Counted from the first letter of the stretch, positions 1 to 13,750 are shown. The stretch is DNA of 64,000 nucleotides from Lepidodermella squamata (GCA_047495785.1 JBLDXI010000030.1:124001-188000); one strand, 5' to 3'. Numbers and translations: made by a program. Notes: a model not told the origin generated them from the sequence alone.

Positions 1-950
1 TTTGTCGATAAATTATAAAATCCACATGTATCACGGCCAAATTCTCTAGTTTTTTAATTTCGAAGGATACTTACAATTGTGATAAAATGCCTTCATACTA
101 AGAGTGAAATATCGCATTAATAATAATCGAAATAAAAGTAGAAAAAGACCCAAATTACAAGTTTCACATTGTGGGATGAAAGTCTCAAAAGATTTCGGGT
201 TATTCTACAAAAAGTGCACAACTTCAAAGCTTTTCTATCACGTTTTTGGGACCACCGGAAATTGTTTACACAAGTTAAAAGTGTACAAGACTGAGGTGTA
301 CGTAGCAGGGGTAAAAGCGTGTATCTTCCTATACAAGCGAGCGGCGAGAATAGGGTAGGTAAGCGAAAAGTGTCATTGTATGCTAAGACGAATACTGCAT
401 GTGTTATGAAACGGTGCAACGCTAATCCAATAGAATACTCCATACTAATGTATAATCCAATGAAATGAAAAGGTAGAACCAGCTTACGCAAGGGAAAGAA
501 TATAGTTACAGCAGCTATCAAGAATCTAGAAACAAAGATTAAATCGATCTTATAACCATATCTGCGCCGCTTCTAATGCATAAAATGTATCAGGGTTGTA
601 TTGATATAAATTTCTCTGACTTTTTTATAATCTCCCGAAACTCTCGCCTTCCTCCTCATTCTGTGACGATGAAAGCGGTTAGAAATAACCTGAACTATAA
701 ATTTAGCTTTTCCAGGCGCGTGCGTGCTGCGTGGAACCGTCTGCCGTCTTGCGTGGTTAACAACTCTCACAGTGCTTTTTGCAAACATATAAAATTTAAT
801 TCGCCTTCATTGGTAAACTACGTGACTTCTGTGGTGAGGCGCCAAGAAACAACTTTCTGCTAAACTAAACTTAACTATTTGCTAACTGTTGAAAAACAAT
901 TTGCAATAAAAATGAGAATGAGAGAGAGAATGCTGAATACTGAATACTTC
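1..950 (+). mobile_element. Degenerate 3' end of a CR1/L2-type non-LTR retrotransposon (ORF2 C-terminus)
   Basis: ORF 576-863 contains FSFSRRVRAAWNRLPSCVV, matching the F.F..RV...WN.LP..VV motif at the end of CR1/L2 ORF2. It is followed by AATAAA (~905) and a short-repeat tail (aatgag/gaga/ctgaata). Upstream frames are broken. Confidence 0.7.
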
Positions 951-1051
951 TGAAACGAATCTTCTGACACAGAAACTAATTGATTAGTTTATACTGATCT
1001 ATTCTTATTTCCCTGGGTGTATAGGCACTCGGACGTTTTTCGGATGTAAGC

Positions 1052-3551
1052 ATGTTACCGGCAATCATTAATAAAGCTGCGTTAACTGCGTTAACGTTCG
1101 CCTGCTTCAACTTTGATTTGGGACAGACGTTGGACCTAGAACTATGCGTGTGGAACAAGACGACTGAATTCTCAACTGAAAGCCTAATTACTCCTATCGA
1201 CGGATGGGAGCAATTTAACTCAACGATGGAGACTAAATTCCCGCTCGGCACTATTGTTCATGTTACCTGCATCAACGATACAACGAAAAGTGCAACCATG
1301 TGCATCGACAGTGGTTGGTGGACTAAGAGAATTTCCAGATGTTCAGACTTCAGTAAGTTTTGTTTGAGACAAAGCATATTTAGTTCTAAATGTTCATTGT
1401 GCTCTTGTGATTGTGCTGAAAAGAGTAGACGGCCTTTCTGAACAATGCTATATTTTCGATGCTTTTAGAAACCGTCGGAAAAATGAGCAATCAAACTTGT
1501 TCCTGGCCTGGGTCACTTTCAAAGACACATGGTTACAACATTAGCATTGATTACGGATTAACTTGGTTGAGTACTACTAAACTGACTGGTATCAACAAGT
1601 TTGCAATGGTTAGAGATGAATGTCCGAACGGCGCTTACATACAAACGACGTGCATCAACGGGGCATTTAACCCAGATCCTAAAAAATATTCGTGTGGCGA
1701 GCCAGCCATTTCACCTCCATCCAAACTCGCAGCCTTCTGGCCTCTTGCAGCGGACACTAGGCTTCGAGCTCTGACACCTAATACCTCTGATTTCAAAGCG
1801 GTAAATGGGACAGCTTTATCTGCTGCATATGGACAATTTAAACAAAAAGGTTACACTATTGGCGGTTTGAAAAAGGCACTGTTGAAGGGGCCTGCAGTCA
1901 CCCAGCTTACCGGGAAATTCTGGAGTATCGCGGTCTTAGCTCGCGGTGCCTTTCAGCTTGACTTAATTGACAACAAAAGTGCACCTCTATATTCGATTTC
2001 AGTCAAAAACGGATGGGTGAACGTTATGCTTAATGGTGAAAAGATCATATTCGCGCCGCCTGTTGCTAGCGGTTTCGCTCTCTACTTGATCGGCTGCGAT
2101 GCCTCGAATGCACGGCTAGCTCTGTCAGTCAGTGGTGCAGACGTAGATTTTGAAAGCGATATTGTTGTTACAACGTCGGGCGCTGGAGATATCACAGATA
2201 CACCAGTTTCTGTCAACCTTAGTGGAGTGTTAGTCTTGAAAACTGATCTATCAACACGAATTGTTAATGTCTTTACAGGGCGGCTAATGATGGGGTCATT
2301 TCCTGTTTGATGTTGTTCAACTTTTATTATTCGGACCGGATTACGGCAGATGTGCTCATGCGGCATTGTAAGGCGGGTTCGTTGAGTTTTTTGTAGGTCC
2401 ATTCGATTGAAAATCGTTGTTTGTCAGCTACATCCTCACCAGATGTGACAATACCCAAGACCTGTCAAGCTTGCGTGTGGAACTACGACGAAAATCAATC
2501 GATTAATATTGCAAACTTCCGTATGCAATTGCCCCGTTTCCGTTTACAGTTACAGATTATTTGTTTAATGCATTGATAGACAAAGTTTACCGACGAGGTG
2601 CCGCGGCAATAACTGCCAACGGCCAGACTATTCGGTTGGCTGCGTTAGGGCAAAGTGGTGTGATTTGGTCACCCAACGTGAGGGCCTGAAATTACAATGC
2701 CGGAAAAGTATTTTCTTGCTTACTAACAGACTTTCAATCCATCCATCGACTTCCGAGTAGAATATCACCTTGCGTTGGATGATCAAAACGTGGAACTTCA
2801 GTTTTTGCTAGTCGCAAGCCAAAAGTCGCTGGATTTGAGCACTGGCAGCCATAAAACGGCAGCGTTCAATCTTAAGATGAATTCATTTGTTGGAATGATC
2901 ATCAGGCGCCAACCAAACGGGAATTTTCATATGAAATCCTCGGGCACTCCTGTTTCCGTTGATAAGGCCAAATGGGTCGACCTGAATATCAACAGCAATG
3001 GCTGCGGATTACTAGAAGGAATTATCTTCGAGAAAGTTGGGTCGAATTTGCATATTTTCTGTCAATCATCCAATTCTATTGACGAATTGACGAATGAACC
3101 CATTTCCATCGCAGCGTTCTCGAGCATCACTGAGAAGGTTAGGCTGGGGGTCTATGCCATGTACAACTACCACTCGTCGCCTGTTAGCACAATGGCCTAT
3201 CTGTACCAAATCAAATTCTATTCAAATAGTTTCAACATCACAACGCCGTCTGCTGGAAAATCAACTAGCTCGAAAACCACGGCAACAACGTCGACAGCGT
3301 CATCGTCAGCAGCTACTACCACTGAGCTGTCGAGTACCCAAACCAATATACCAATTTCCTTATCTTCTACGCTTCAAACCGGAGAAGATTCCACGACAAA
3401 GAACCCTAATCTGCCAAAAAACGACAAAAATAGCGGTAATGAAGTTCAATGTGTTCCTCCTCTCCTGGTGGTCTCTCTCATTTACTTCGTGAGAAAATGC
3501 CAAATAGTCGATGGTCATGACAGTTTTTTTCTGATCTTTCCGCCGCTTTAA
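1052..3551 (+). CDS. Lectin-mucin family copy 1: signal peptide, CCP-like Cys modules, LamG/ConA-like, L-type-lectin-like, short S/T stalk, hydrophobic tail; lacks SEA
   Basis: Six exons join in frame through GT-AG introns (first intron 1353-1468, phase 1). Motifs: KLAAFWPL and GAAAITANGQTIRLAALGQSGVIWSP-TFNPSIDFRVEY. Strong paralogy to 4266-7323. Confidence 0.8.
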
Positions 3552-4265
3552 GCATTCTCATAATATATGAGCCATGGGTGTGCTGTTCAAGATGCGAAAA
3601 ATTGCAATCAAATATTCTGCTTGATTCCCATGCAAAATTGATAGATAGAACTTAATTAGGACAATAAAGTCAAAAGATTACATGGCTTCCTGTATCTGGT
3701 AGAAACTACGGTTCATCTGCATCTCATATCTCATTTCAGCTTTCTCAATAAACAAAGAAATTCATGAATAGTCTACACTTCTTTTTCGGACACTTTTGAC
3801 GAGGCTAGAAAGTTCCAAACATCCTAGAATTTTCCAACCATCATGAATATGAAGCTGTATTCGCTGCTCGCTGCATTTGCTTACTGAATTCGATTGTGAA
3901 TGTGAAACGATGAATAATATGATGGGAAATATGCACGCTGAAAAATCTGGTCGTTATCAATTATTAAAATTTATGATATTTTTCAGGTATCCGTAAAAGC
4001 GGCCGCGCTATGACATTCCATGGAAGATGGTTGACTGTTGACTTTATCTTCTGCTGATTATAAAATGTTTTGTTCTTCTCATTTATGAAATGCGGCAGCG
4101 TAGGAAAACGGTTCCCTAGATTGCAGATCCACTGAACTTGATTGCGACATTTCGAAGCATAGTTGCCGCTTATGAGTAATTAAACAAGGAATCTAATGAT
4201 TTACTCAACTTTTTTCTTTCGAAAAAGCAGTTGCTTCATTTTCACGGAAAGCGCTAAATCCCGCT

Positions 4266-7200
4266 ATGCTGATGAGGCTGACAATAACATTAGCTATCGT
4301 AAGCTTCGGCGTTAAATTTGCAAAATCACTCGAACAATGCACGTGGAACCAAACCTCTACATCCATATTTACCACTGATAACTTGATTTCATACCTGGAT
4401 GGTTGGAAGACATTCACCTCGACGGCTGACGCTACTTACCCGTTCGGTACTATTGTCCACGTTACATGCAAAGCGGACAACACAATGAGCGCAACAATGT
4501 GCATAGACAGTGGATGGTGGACGAAAAAGATAAAGCTATGTTCAGATTTTAACGGTGAGCCTGTTCCTTTTAACTCATGAAAAACATTGATAGATGATCC
4601 CTAGATTCGGTGAAAAAAATGAGCAACCAAACCTGTAACTGGCCCACGGCACTCTTGAAAAATCATAATTACACTATCACGAATGATTTTGGAAAAACCT
4701 GGATGAATGCTAACGCAATTCTTAACAATATTGACAAGTTTGCAATGGTTAGGGACGAATGTCCGAATGGCGCTCAAATTCAATCCACGTGTATCAATGG
4801 GCTATTTCAGCCAGATCCTAAAGATTATCCTTGTGGTGAACCAACTTCTTCTCCCCCATCACATCTGGCAGCGTTCTGGCCATTAACTTCAGACACTCTT
4901 CTTCGTTCTCTGACGCCTGGAATGGTTGATTTTTCATCGTTAAATGGAGCAGCTCTCTCAACTCCTTATGCAAAATTCCAACAAATCGGCTTTAAGGTAG
5001 GCGGTTCGAACAAAGCTGCTCTTCAAACGAATGGGCCAGCGTTGTCGACTGGGAACGTTTGGAGTATCGCGATCTTAGCCCGTGGTGACTTTCAGGGTAA
5101 TTTGGTGAAGCTAACTGCTGGAGCATCGGCCAATATCATTAATGTCACCGCCGGGTCTGTAGTCGTTGATCTACAGGGCAACAAGATAAGCCACCCAGAT
5201 ACGGGCTTCGGCACTTTCGACGGATGGGTTCTTTACTTGATCGGCTGTGATGTCAAGCAAAGCTGGGTAAAGCTAACAGTCAGCGGGATGACTTACACCA
5301 CCGGCTATAGGAATACTGCTGGTGAAGGAGCTGTATCTAATGCCGTGATCACGCTCGGCGAATCGTAAGTTTTCACGAAATCGAGCTACGTTTTTAAGTC
5401 TTCCTTTAGAGCAACAAACGCTGGGGCCGTCGCTTGCCTGATGATATTCCACGCTTATTATTCTGACCAGAATACGGCCGACATTCTATTGCGGCATTGC
5501 AAATCATGTTAGTATTGTAGTTTTGTCTGTGGAATACTTAGATTTACAGGATGATTATGTTCTAGCAATTTCTTCGCCTGTGAAATCGACTACTAATGCA
5601 TGTCAAAACTGCGCCTGGACGTACGACGAAAACCTGTCTATAAATATCGCCAACTTCCGTAAAATCACACCATTTTTTTCATTTCCAATTAAAATTGTAA
5701 TTGGATTCAACGATAGACAAAGTTTACCGACGAGGTGCTGCGGCAATAACAGAAAACGGCATGACAATTCGATTGGCTGCGTTAGGGCAGACTGGGGTGG
5801 TTTGGTCGCCAGTTGTAAGTGGCAAGTGTCATAGCTGAGATGATGAAAGGATTAAATGCTTTCTTTCGTGTTAGACTTTCAGTCCATCCATCGATTTTCG
5901 AGTGGAGTACCACCTTGCATTCGATACCGCTAATGTGGAACTGAAATTTTGGTTTATCGGGAGTCAGACTTCTATGGATTTGAGCATTGGTTCTTTCGCA
6001 GCACCTGCGATCAATGGGAAGGCGGATTCGCTTATGGGATTGATGGTCAGACGCGCGAAAGACGGAAGCTATTTACTTAAAACATCAGGCACTCCAGCTT
6101 CAGTTAATGATATCCCAGGAGTTTCATTAGGGTCATCTGGTTGCAGCCCCGAAGCGCTTATTTTCGAGAAAGTTGGGCCGAATCTTAACGTTTTTTGTCA
6201 ATCCAGCAATTCTATAGTTAACGTTGGAGGAGCGTCTGTCGCCGCATTCTCGGGTATCACGGAAGAGGTTAGAATGGGAGTCTCTGCTACCTATTACTAC
6301 CACGCGTCGCCCGTTAACACAATGGCCTACCTGTACCAAGTCAAATTCTACACAAATGGATCCGTAACCACAACTTCATCAGTTGGCCCATCAACTACTA
6401 CAAGCTCGACAACTAGCTCAGTTAGTGCATCAACCAGTGGCGCAACAGCTAGCGCATCTACAGCTGCAACAATGTTCACAGCCGCAACAGTATCAACCGA
6501 AGCAACATCATCAGCAACAGAGACATCGTCCCCCGCTTTTACAGCTCCCATAACAGCTCCTATTACAGCTACGCAGTTAAGCAGCGAAGCTAATTCAAAT
6601 TCACTTTTCCCAACGTCTGCAACACAAATGGGGTCCAATTCTACTCCAACAACACAAGCGAATGCCTTAACCTTTGCGCAGCAAACAGAAGCGAGTACAT
6701 CTGCGTCAAAGTCGACAGTGCAATCCAACAACAAGCCTTATCAGCCTTCGACCTATTACGACTACTTGCTGACTTTGAATATGACGATTATGGGAGACTC
6801 TCTTTGGTTACCTGAGCCTAATATAACAATTAATGCCGATCCTTGGGATGTCAGCTTGGATCGACCTGATTCTACGAATTTCTTGGCCCTGTCTCAGTTC
6901 GTGAAACCACTAATCTGGCAGATTGCGAATGACACGGCTCAGTCGCTGAATTGCCAAGTGCTTTGGGTTAATATAACTGGCTTCCGAAAGGGCAGCATCA
7001 TCTCAGACTACATCGTTGCACTTCGCAGTCTGACACAGCTCACCGAGGGTGAGATAGCAGCTAAGGTGGCTGTTGCTACTGAAAAGCTGAAGAGCAAAGC
7101 TAACGCCAAGCTGTCGAATGGCTTGGAAGCTATGAAGTTCGGTGGAAATGATGTCCAGAAAATAACTGGCCCTTTGAAAGAGTCCACTTCGATTGCAGTC

Positions 7201-7323
7201 GCACCTCCAAAACCAGCCGGAGATGCCCCTAGCTCGGACAATAATAAAAACCGCGGAAATGAAGTTAAATATGCTTCTCATTTTCCTGTTATCTCTCTAC
7301 TCTGCTCGCTGCTGATTTTGTAG
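4266..7323 (+). CDS. Lectin-mucin-SEA family copy 2 (intact, predicted GPI-anchored)
   Basis: Introns 4555-4604, 5365-5409 and three more join in frame. Long S/T-rich stalk, SEA motif ITGFRKGSIISDY and a C-terminal hydrophobic tail with no cytoplasmic part. Confidence 0.85.
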
Positions 7324-7810
7324 ACTTCAACTTCTATATTCAGTTTTATAATTAAAGTTATGGGTATACTTGTACTGTTTCACTAAGCTGTCTAAATATC
7401 TGCTATGTTTTTTAAAATTAAGTGTTTGTTACAAAAAGAAGAAAGTTGTTACTCAAGGTTAGCACAATAAAAAGGATGAATAGGATGATCAGCCAGGGTC
7501 CGATAAGTTATGAGGTTTCTTCGACTGGAAAACATCCCAGCTTCAGAATTCTACTTCGCACACTTATTATCGATTTTCAGACTCGAATAACCTAGAACCT
7601 AGTATAATTTGAGTGGAAATGAGTACGCGAGGACAGAGTCGTAAAAAATTTGCGTTTTTCGTAACGCAATCCTCCCACGTGATACTACAGAGTGACCAAA
7701 ACGCGATACAGTTATTAGGACACCCGCACTTGTGTAAGCCTGATTTAAGCTAGTAATCTAGGCAAAATCTCAACCCTTTCATAAACATAGTCGGTTCATA
7801 AACATTCCCA

Positions 7811-8155
7811 ATGGCTCCAACTGCCCACAAAATATTTCTAGTCGTTCTCTTCTTGTTAGCAAAATATTCCGCCTCGCAAGTCTCGGATTTAGATCAGTTA
7901 AGTAAGTTTCAACCAAATTCTCCGCAGCATAGCTTTATTTCCAAATTTTCCTCAGAAAACGTGGTCGAGATATTGGTTCGAAACAATGATGCCGTAGGTC
8001 TGGCTAAACTGTACCGCCTTCAGCGAGAAGAGATGCAACGGCGTCGCATGGCTCGTTGCATAGAAATGCTAGGCTCGCGTGCTTTGTGTAACAACCAAGT
8101 TGGTTTCTACATCTGGGCTCAAATGCTTGCGAGGCAAATTCTCAGAGGCGAATGA
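7811..8155 (+). CDS. Small secreted protein, possible neuropeptide/prohormone precursor
   Basis: Single 114-aa ORF with a signal peptide (MAPTAHKIFLVVLFLLAKYSAS), a tribasic RRR site, then a C-terminal peptide with two Cys (CIEMLGSRALC). Confidence 0.6.
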   Translation: MAPTAHKIFLVVLFLLAKYSASQVSDLDQLSKFQPNSPQHSFISKFSSENVVEILVRNNDAVGLAKLYRLQREEMQRRRMARCIEMLGSRALCNNQVGFYIWAQMLARQILRGE

Positions 8156-8198
8156 TAACTCGCATTTCTGCATTTTTGTCTCACCTAAAATACTTATA

Positions 8199-8583
8199 CC
8201 GTACTGCCCGAAAAAAATGTCAGCCTCGAATAAATGACAGCCTCAAATAAATGTCAGAGGTTAGAGGTCGTTCGAAATAATAAATGTCAGGCCCGAAATA
8301 AATGTCAGGTCAATATGGGGACAATACTGAAGATCACTAATGAGGTCATTATAGCCATTCCGAATGGAGCTAATTTCTACTCTTAGCATTTAGAAAGGTC
8401 AGGGACCAATTTTGGGTCAAAATACGTAAAAAATGTATGCCATTTTGGTTACCTAGGCAGTTACTTATTGGTTCGGATAAATAAATGTCAGGCCCGAAAT
8501 AAATGTCAGTCCCTTTTAAATGTCAGGGGTTCATCAACGTTTGAAAAAAACAAATGTCATGGTTTTTGTTCCGGGCAGTACGG
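8199..8583. mobile_element. Tc2/pogo-type MITE
   Basis: TA|CCGTACTGCCCG ... CGGGCAGTACGG|TA terminal inverted repeats with TA target duplication. Internal repeated motif AATAAATGTCAG. Confidence 0.85.
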
Positions 8584-8772
8584 TAGTCGTCAAATAAAGA
8601 TTCACTCGAAATCCTACTTTTTCAATAGTTCTACGTTCCACAAACGCTCAATGTCATTTAAAAAATATTCCAATTAAAATAAGGATATAATGAGACTGCC
8701 ACTTCGATGGAAAAATCAATCATAGGCGTGTAAACCGCGAGACGGCTTTTACTAGACAATCCTGAAACGAGC

Positions 8773-11521
8773 ATGCTTAGGTTGGTTTTCGTGATTCTGA
8801 GTGTTAGCTTCTCCACGGCTGTTGAGCAGTGTCAATGGACAGCTGTAAATGATGCTCGAATGTCGGGCGTTTTCAGCCTGGCATTGCGCTACACCTACGT
8901 GCCCTTCAACATAGCTACTAATCGATCGTTCTACGTTGGAACTGAGATTAAACTGAGCTGCACCTCTTCGCCAAACTTCAGTGCACTAAAATGCATGGAC
9001 AATCGAAAGTGGTCCCGAAATACGCCATCTTGCAGTGAATTCAGTAAGAAAGTTTTGAATGTGATATGTATACTTAATAGGCATATTATATAAATTCTCA
9101 ATTAGGCAACGATGGGGTTTACAACAAAACTTGTAAGGGAGGTTTCCAGATGGTAACAGCTGGCAACCTCATCAGCTCCTCCAATGGCAAATGGAGCGGT
9201 ATATACCCAGCTCAGAATAACGACAAGCCGGCGTTGATGGTGTTTCGAACAATCTGTTACAATGGGTATTACAAAGAGATAACATGTTTAAACGGCAATT
9301 GGTTACCGAGCCTCGGAAATTCAACATGTGGCCAGCCGTTGACTAACAGCCCTTCATCACTTGTTGCTTTTAGGCCGCTCACCTACGATACGAACTTCAG
9401 TGCACCTATTGGAAAATTACTTGATTTGCAAGTTTCCGGGAGCATGAGCATTGAGACTCCAACTGGAGACTTTCCTATGACCGGGTTGATTCTTGGCACC
9501 ACAGATTCAGACTACGTTTATGGCAAACAATTGACTGGGGTTGGCGGGCAAAGCTGGTCGATGGGTTTCCTGTTTAAAACAAGCGCTTACAGTTGGTTGA
9601 TCAGCATCGATAATTCGGGGCTCAACAATGTCGCTGTACGATATGAAGCGAATGAGCTTATCATCCACCGATACAATGACATTTATAGAGCCCCGTTGAC
9701 GGATCCTAATACTTGGACGTATTGCTTGATAGCTATTGGTAACGCAAAACTAGCAGTTCTCAATATGGCTGGAGGCACTACTTCGTACACGACTTTCAGA
9801 TCTGTTGTCAGCGACTGGAGTTTCAATTCTTCGGCTACCTCAGATTTGTATATTGGCCATAGGTTTGACTATTGAATCCCCGTAAATTCTAGTTTCTAGT
9901 TTTTCTGTTTCAGGAACCAGGGCGAGTTCGGAAGCCCGAATGCGCGAATCGCATGCGTCAGTATCTTCAATACCGCGCACGTTGACGAGAAATCAGCTGA
10001 AATTTTGTATCGGCATTGCATGATGAGTGTGTTCTAAATATTTTTTGAATTTCATATCAAAACCATAATATATATTGCTATCCTCCAGCGATATCTACCG
10101 TCTCTCCAAAAATCAAAGCTGTCCCCGACACTGTGTGGCAATATGACGCGGCGAAATCATCAAGCATCGCCAACAATCGTGAGTTTGCGAGGCTTTCCCT
10201 TCAAAAAATAATTGAACTTACTAACGAAAGATAAACTCTATCTCCGCGGAGCTGCGACACATACTGAGGCTGGACTCTCTATGAGGCTGGCATTTGTCGG
10301 TCAACAAGGCTCCGTCTGGTCCTACAGAGTATGTAGAGATTCAGTGAATCATCAATTAAATAAGCGTTTTTGCAGTTCATGAATTCAAAAGAAGATTGGC
10401 GCATCGAATTTCAAGTGTTTGCGGACGGGGATGGTGGCACTGTCGAGTTTTACGTAGTGGCGGACAAATTAACCGCTGAACTCGATGTTGGAGATTTCAA
10501 AAATAGACCGTTAAACGTGAATGATACAAATTTCTTCGGGATATCATTGCGGTATGATCTCAGTACGAAGCAAATGACCTTCAACTCCCGAGATCCCGTG
10601 AGCAATGCGAAAATTGCTCTGGAAACATCCGCGGCACTAGCATTCAAGCCTGAAGTTGTAATCATCGAAAAAGCTGGCAACTCCTTCTACGTTTTCGTGC
10701 AAAGAGCTGACAGAGCTGTGCGGGTCATTCAAAGAAACGTGACCGATTTTAGCTGCATCACCCAATACCTGCGATATGGCATTGCGGCTGATTTACCATA
10801 CACCCTTGCCGCTGATATTCCGCCGATATACTTCTACCAGGCCAAGTTTTATATGAGTAATGGAACCTCGGTTTGTACCCCGGCTTCTACAGCCTCACCA
10901 TCAGCAAAAACCTCGTTGCTATCTGCAGCGGTGTCCACTACAGCGGATCCTTACCCAACCTTGCCTTTCAAATACGAGCTCTTTATGAATCTGAGCATAA
11001 CTGGGGACAATTTGACGATTTCTGATATTTGGCTCGATGTTACTAGTGATCCTTGGGATCCGTCCTTGAATGACCCGAGTTCAGCCGTATTCCAAGCTCT
11101 TGCAACTTACATTTCACCCGGTATCCAAAATATTATGAATCAAGTGGCTACAGCTAATGGCTGGGCTATAACTACCTTCACGATTGTAGGATTCAGGAAA
11201 GGAAGCATTATAGCGGATTATATCGTTGCTCTGAGGAGTTTGACTCAGCTGACTGAAGATCAAATAGCGGCCAAAGTTGAAGTAGCTGTTAACAAGCTGA
11301 AAGAAAGCATGGTTGATATGGCAGAAGGGCTTCCTACCACTCGTTTGGGAGAGGTCTCTTTAGTTCGAGTGAATGGGCCAACGCCTCTCCCACCATCTGT
11401 TCAGCCGCCGCTTGATGCTAAAACTGAACCAAGCAAACCCAAAGTTCAAACGCCGAACTCTGCTTGTGCATTGAATCAAACAGTTGCTTGTTTATTCGTG
11501 ATAACATTCCTTTCCCTCTAA
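8773..11521 (+). CDS. Lectin-mucin-SEA family copy 3 (apparently intact)
   Basis: Same six-exon layout and intron phases. Motifs SSLVAFRPL, RGAATHTEAGLSMRLAFVGQQGSVW, SEA VGFRKGSIIADY, and a hydrophobic C-terminus. Confidence 0.85.
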
Positions 11522-12055
11522 AAACGGGGGTTGAGTGGGATGACGGAATGTAGGAATATAGGCGAGTTGGTGAACTGTTCTTGGAAAGATTCTTATCAAT
11601 ACGTTAGGTATTGGGAAACCTATGGAGTATAGAGGGAACATAAACGAACGAAAAACCTTTTTAGTTGTCCTTGAACATCCATTAACAGCACAATAAAAAT
11701 AAAAATGAAAAAGGTGTACTGGAACACAGTCCACCTTTTTCATTTTCATTTTTTCCTAGAGCCAGCTCATTTTTCGTTCATTAATATCAACTTGAAGCCC
11801 TCAATAAAGAATCAGTTATTCATTCAACCGTGAATTAGCTATGCTATTGACTGGAGTCTGGGACACGAGAGGATCAACAAAATAATCAACATCCTAACAC
11901 TAGGATCTACTGATGAATCATCATCCTAATGAATCAACCTTGAACAATGGCTGAAGAAAAAATACGCCACACGTATAGGCGAGCTTAAAAGCGGATAAAA
12001 ACATTTACAAGTTCTAAACTGTGCCCACGCTTGTTTTCTTGAAATAATTTCTAAA

Positions 12056-13605
12056 ATGCGAATTCTCATCACGATTGTTACACTCATTTCCAAAGGAGTT
12101 CTTGCGCAAGATCTAGCGAGATCATCCGGTCTCCAGCAGTCATGCATCGTGCCGAAAGTCCCTGGAGGATTTGTAACCTTAGAAGATACTGACAAAGTTG
12201 TGAGTCCTGGAGCTGCATTGGAGATAGGCAAGATGGTGAGTGTGAAATGCAACTCCGGATATTCGTACTCCTCCTCCGTTACTAATGCGACATGCCTAAC
12301 ACCCTTCCACCCAATGATAAACGGCAGCTGTAATCCAACAGGTAAATATGTCCTCAGGCAACAAGAAGCGAAGTGGCGGATTTTTAGGCTTTTGGATAGT
12401 CATCTCCATTTCACAATTTCAAATTTATATCTATAGAAAAATATTAGAAAAACGAAGGCACTGCTTTGAGTTGTTGATCTTCTTACGATTTGTTACTTCA
12501 GACTGTGGACAACCCATATCGATAGATGGCGGATTCGTGAATTCAGGCCCGTCAATCATTGGAGCCATTCGAAACATAACCTGCAACCGGAAATTTATGC
12601 CACGCGGAAACACAATTATTAAGTGCCTTGAAAACGCAACGTGGTCGCAGCTTGGCGAATGCATTTCAGAGCTGCAACTGGTGAGCTGAACTCCAAAATC
12701 ATATTTGTCAAGATTTTAATTTCATTGTCGGGCAGTATCATGAGTTGTGGAATGCAACGGGCCGGATCGCTGACATTGAGCAAGTGCGGCGAATCGTAGC
12801 TGAGATCGACACAATTAGCGGCGGCAACTTCAACCCGAACTGGCGCAATCCTAACGAATCCGGATCTTGCAGGCGCATTTTTGTCACGCTTGTTAATGTT
12901 ACTCTGTTACACCGTTTGCTGCAGTGTGGTGATCAACAACGCAACCAGCGGCTTGCAATCGCTCAGCTGTATCTGGATCGCGGTGCTGATGTTAATGCGA
13001 ATACGCCGCTGATTCTAGCTGCCGAGAATGGCCATGCCGAAGTTGTACGACTGTTTCTCGACCACAACGCCGTGATCGATGCCGCGATGAGTGATAATTA
13101 CACGGCGCTGATGGCTGCGACCGACTTTGGGCATCTCGAGGTTGTCCGACTGCTGCTTGACCGCAAGGCGAGACTTGATGATAGGGATAATTTCTTTGGG
13201 TACACGCCGTTGATCCGGGCTGCTCTTCGTGGCTACGTCGAAATTGTCCAACTGCTGCTCGACCGAAATGCGCCGATTGACTCTTTGGATAATGGAAATT
13301 GGACAGCGTTGATGCATGCGGCTGACGCAGAGCAGGTCGAGGTTGTGAGGCTACTGCTAGAACGGAAATCCTCGCTTGAAGTCAGAAATCTCGACGGTAA
13401 GACGGCATTGCATATTGCGGCCGCGAAAGGGAACGTTCAGATTATTCGGCTTTTGCTTGATAAAGGTGCGAGAATGGACGCCGCAGATAACTACGGCCGT
13501 GCACCTCTCGACCAGGCTTTATGTGAGAATAGGAACGAAGCAGCTGATCTGCTGCGATCGCGAGGAGCGATCGAAATCGGAACCAGATGTTTCAACCTAT
13601 GGTAG
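12056..13605 (+). CDS. Predicted secreted protein: signal peptide, 2 Sushi/CCP domains, ~7 ankyrin repeats
   Basis: Exons 12056-12341, 12502-12680 and 12736-13605 join in frame (phase 1, then phase 0). Sushi motifs C..P....G....C..G/K...C...W...C. Ankyrin motifs TPLILAAENGHAEVVRLFL and TALHIAAAKGNVQIIRLLL. Confidence 0.75.
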
Positions 13606-13750
13606 CAATTGTATTTTAGAGCTAGCCGCGAGTGACAGCTGTAAAATAAGGCGTGATAAGTATGCATGGTACTGCTTATAAAAAATAGAAATTTTTCACA
13701 TGAATTTTACTATACACTGCATGAATAAAGTCTTTTAATAATACGTCAAG

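Noticed and set aside
8215-8545. Repeated AATAAATGTCAG units as a CRISPR-like array
   Set aside because: Irregular spacing, no unique spacers, and enclosed by TIRs with TA duplication; these are MITE subterminal repeats in a eukaryote.
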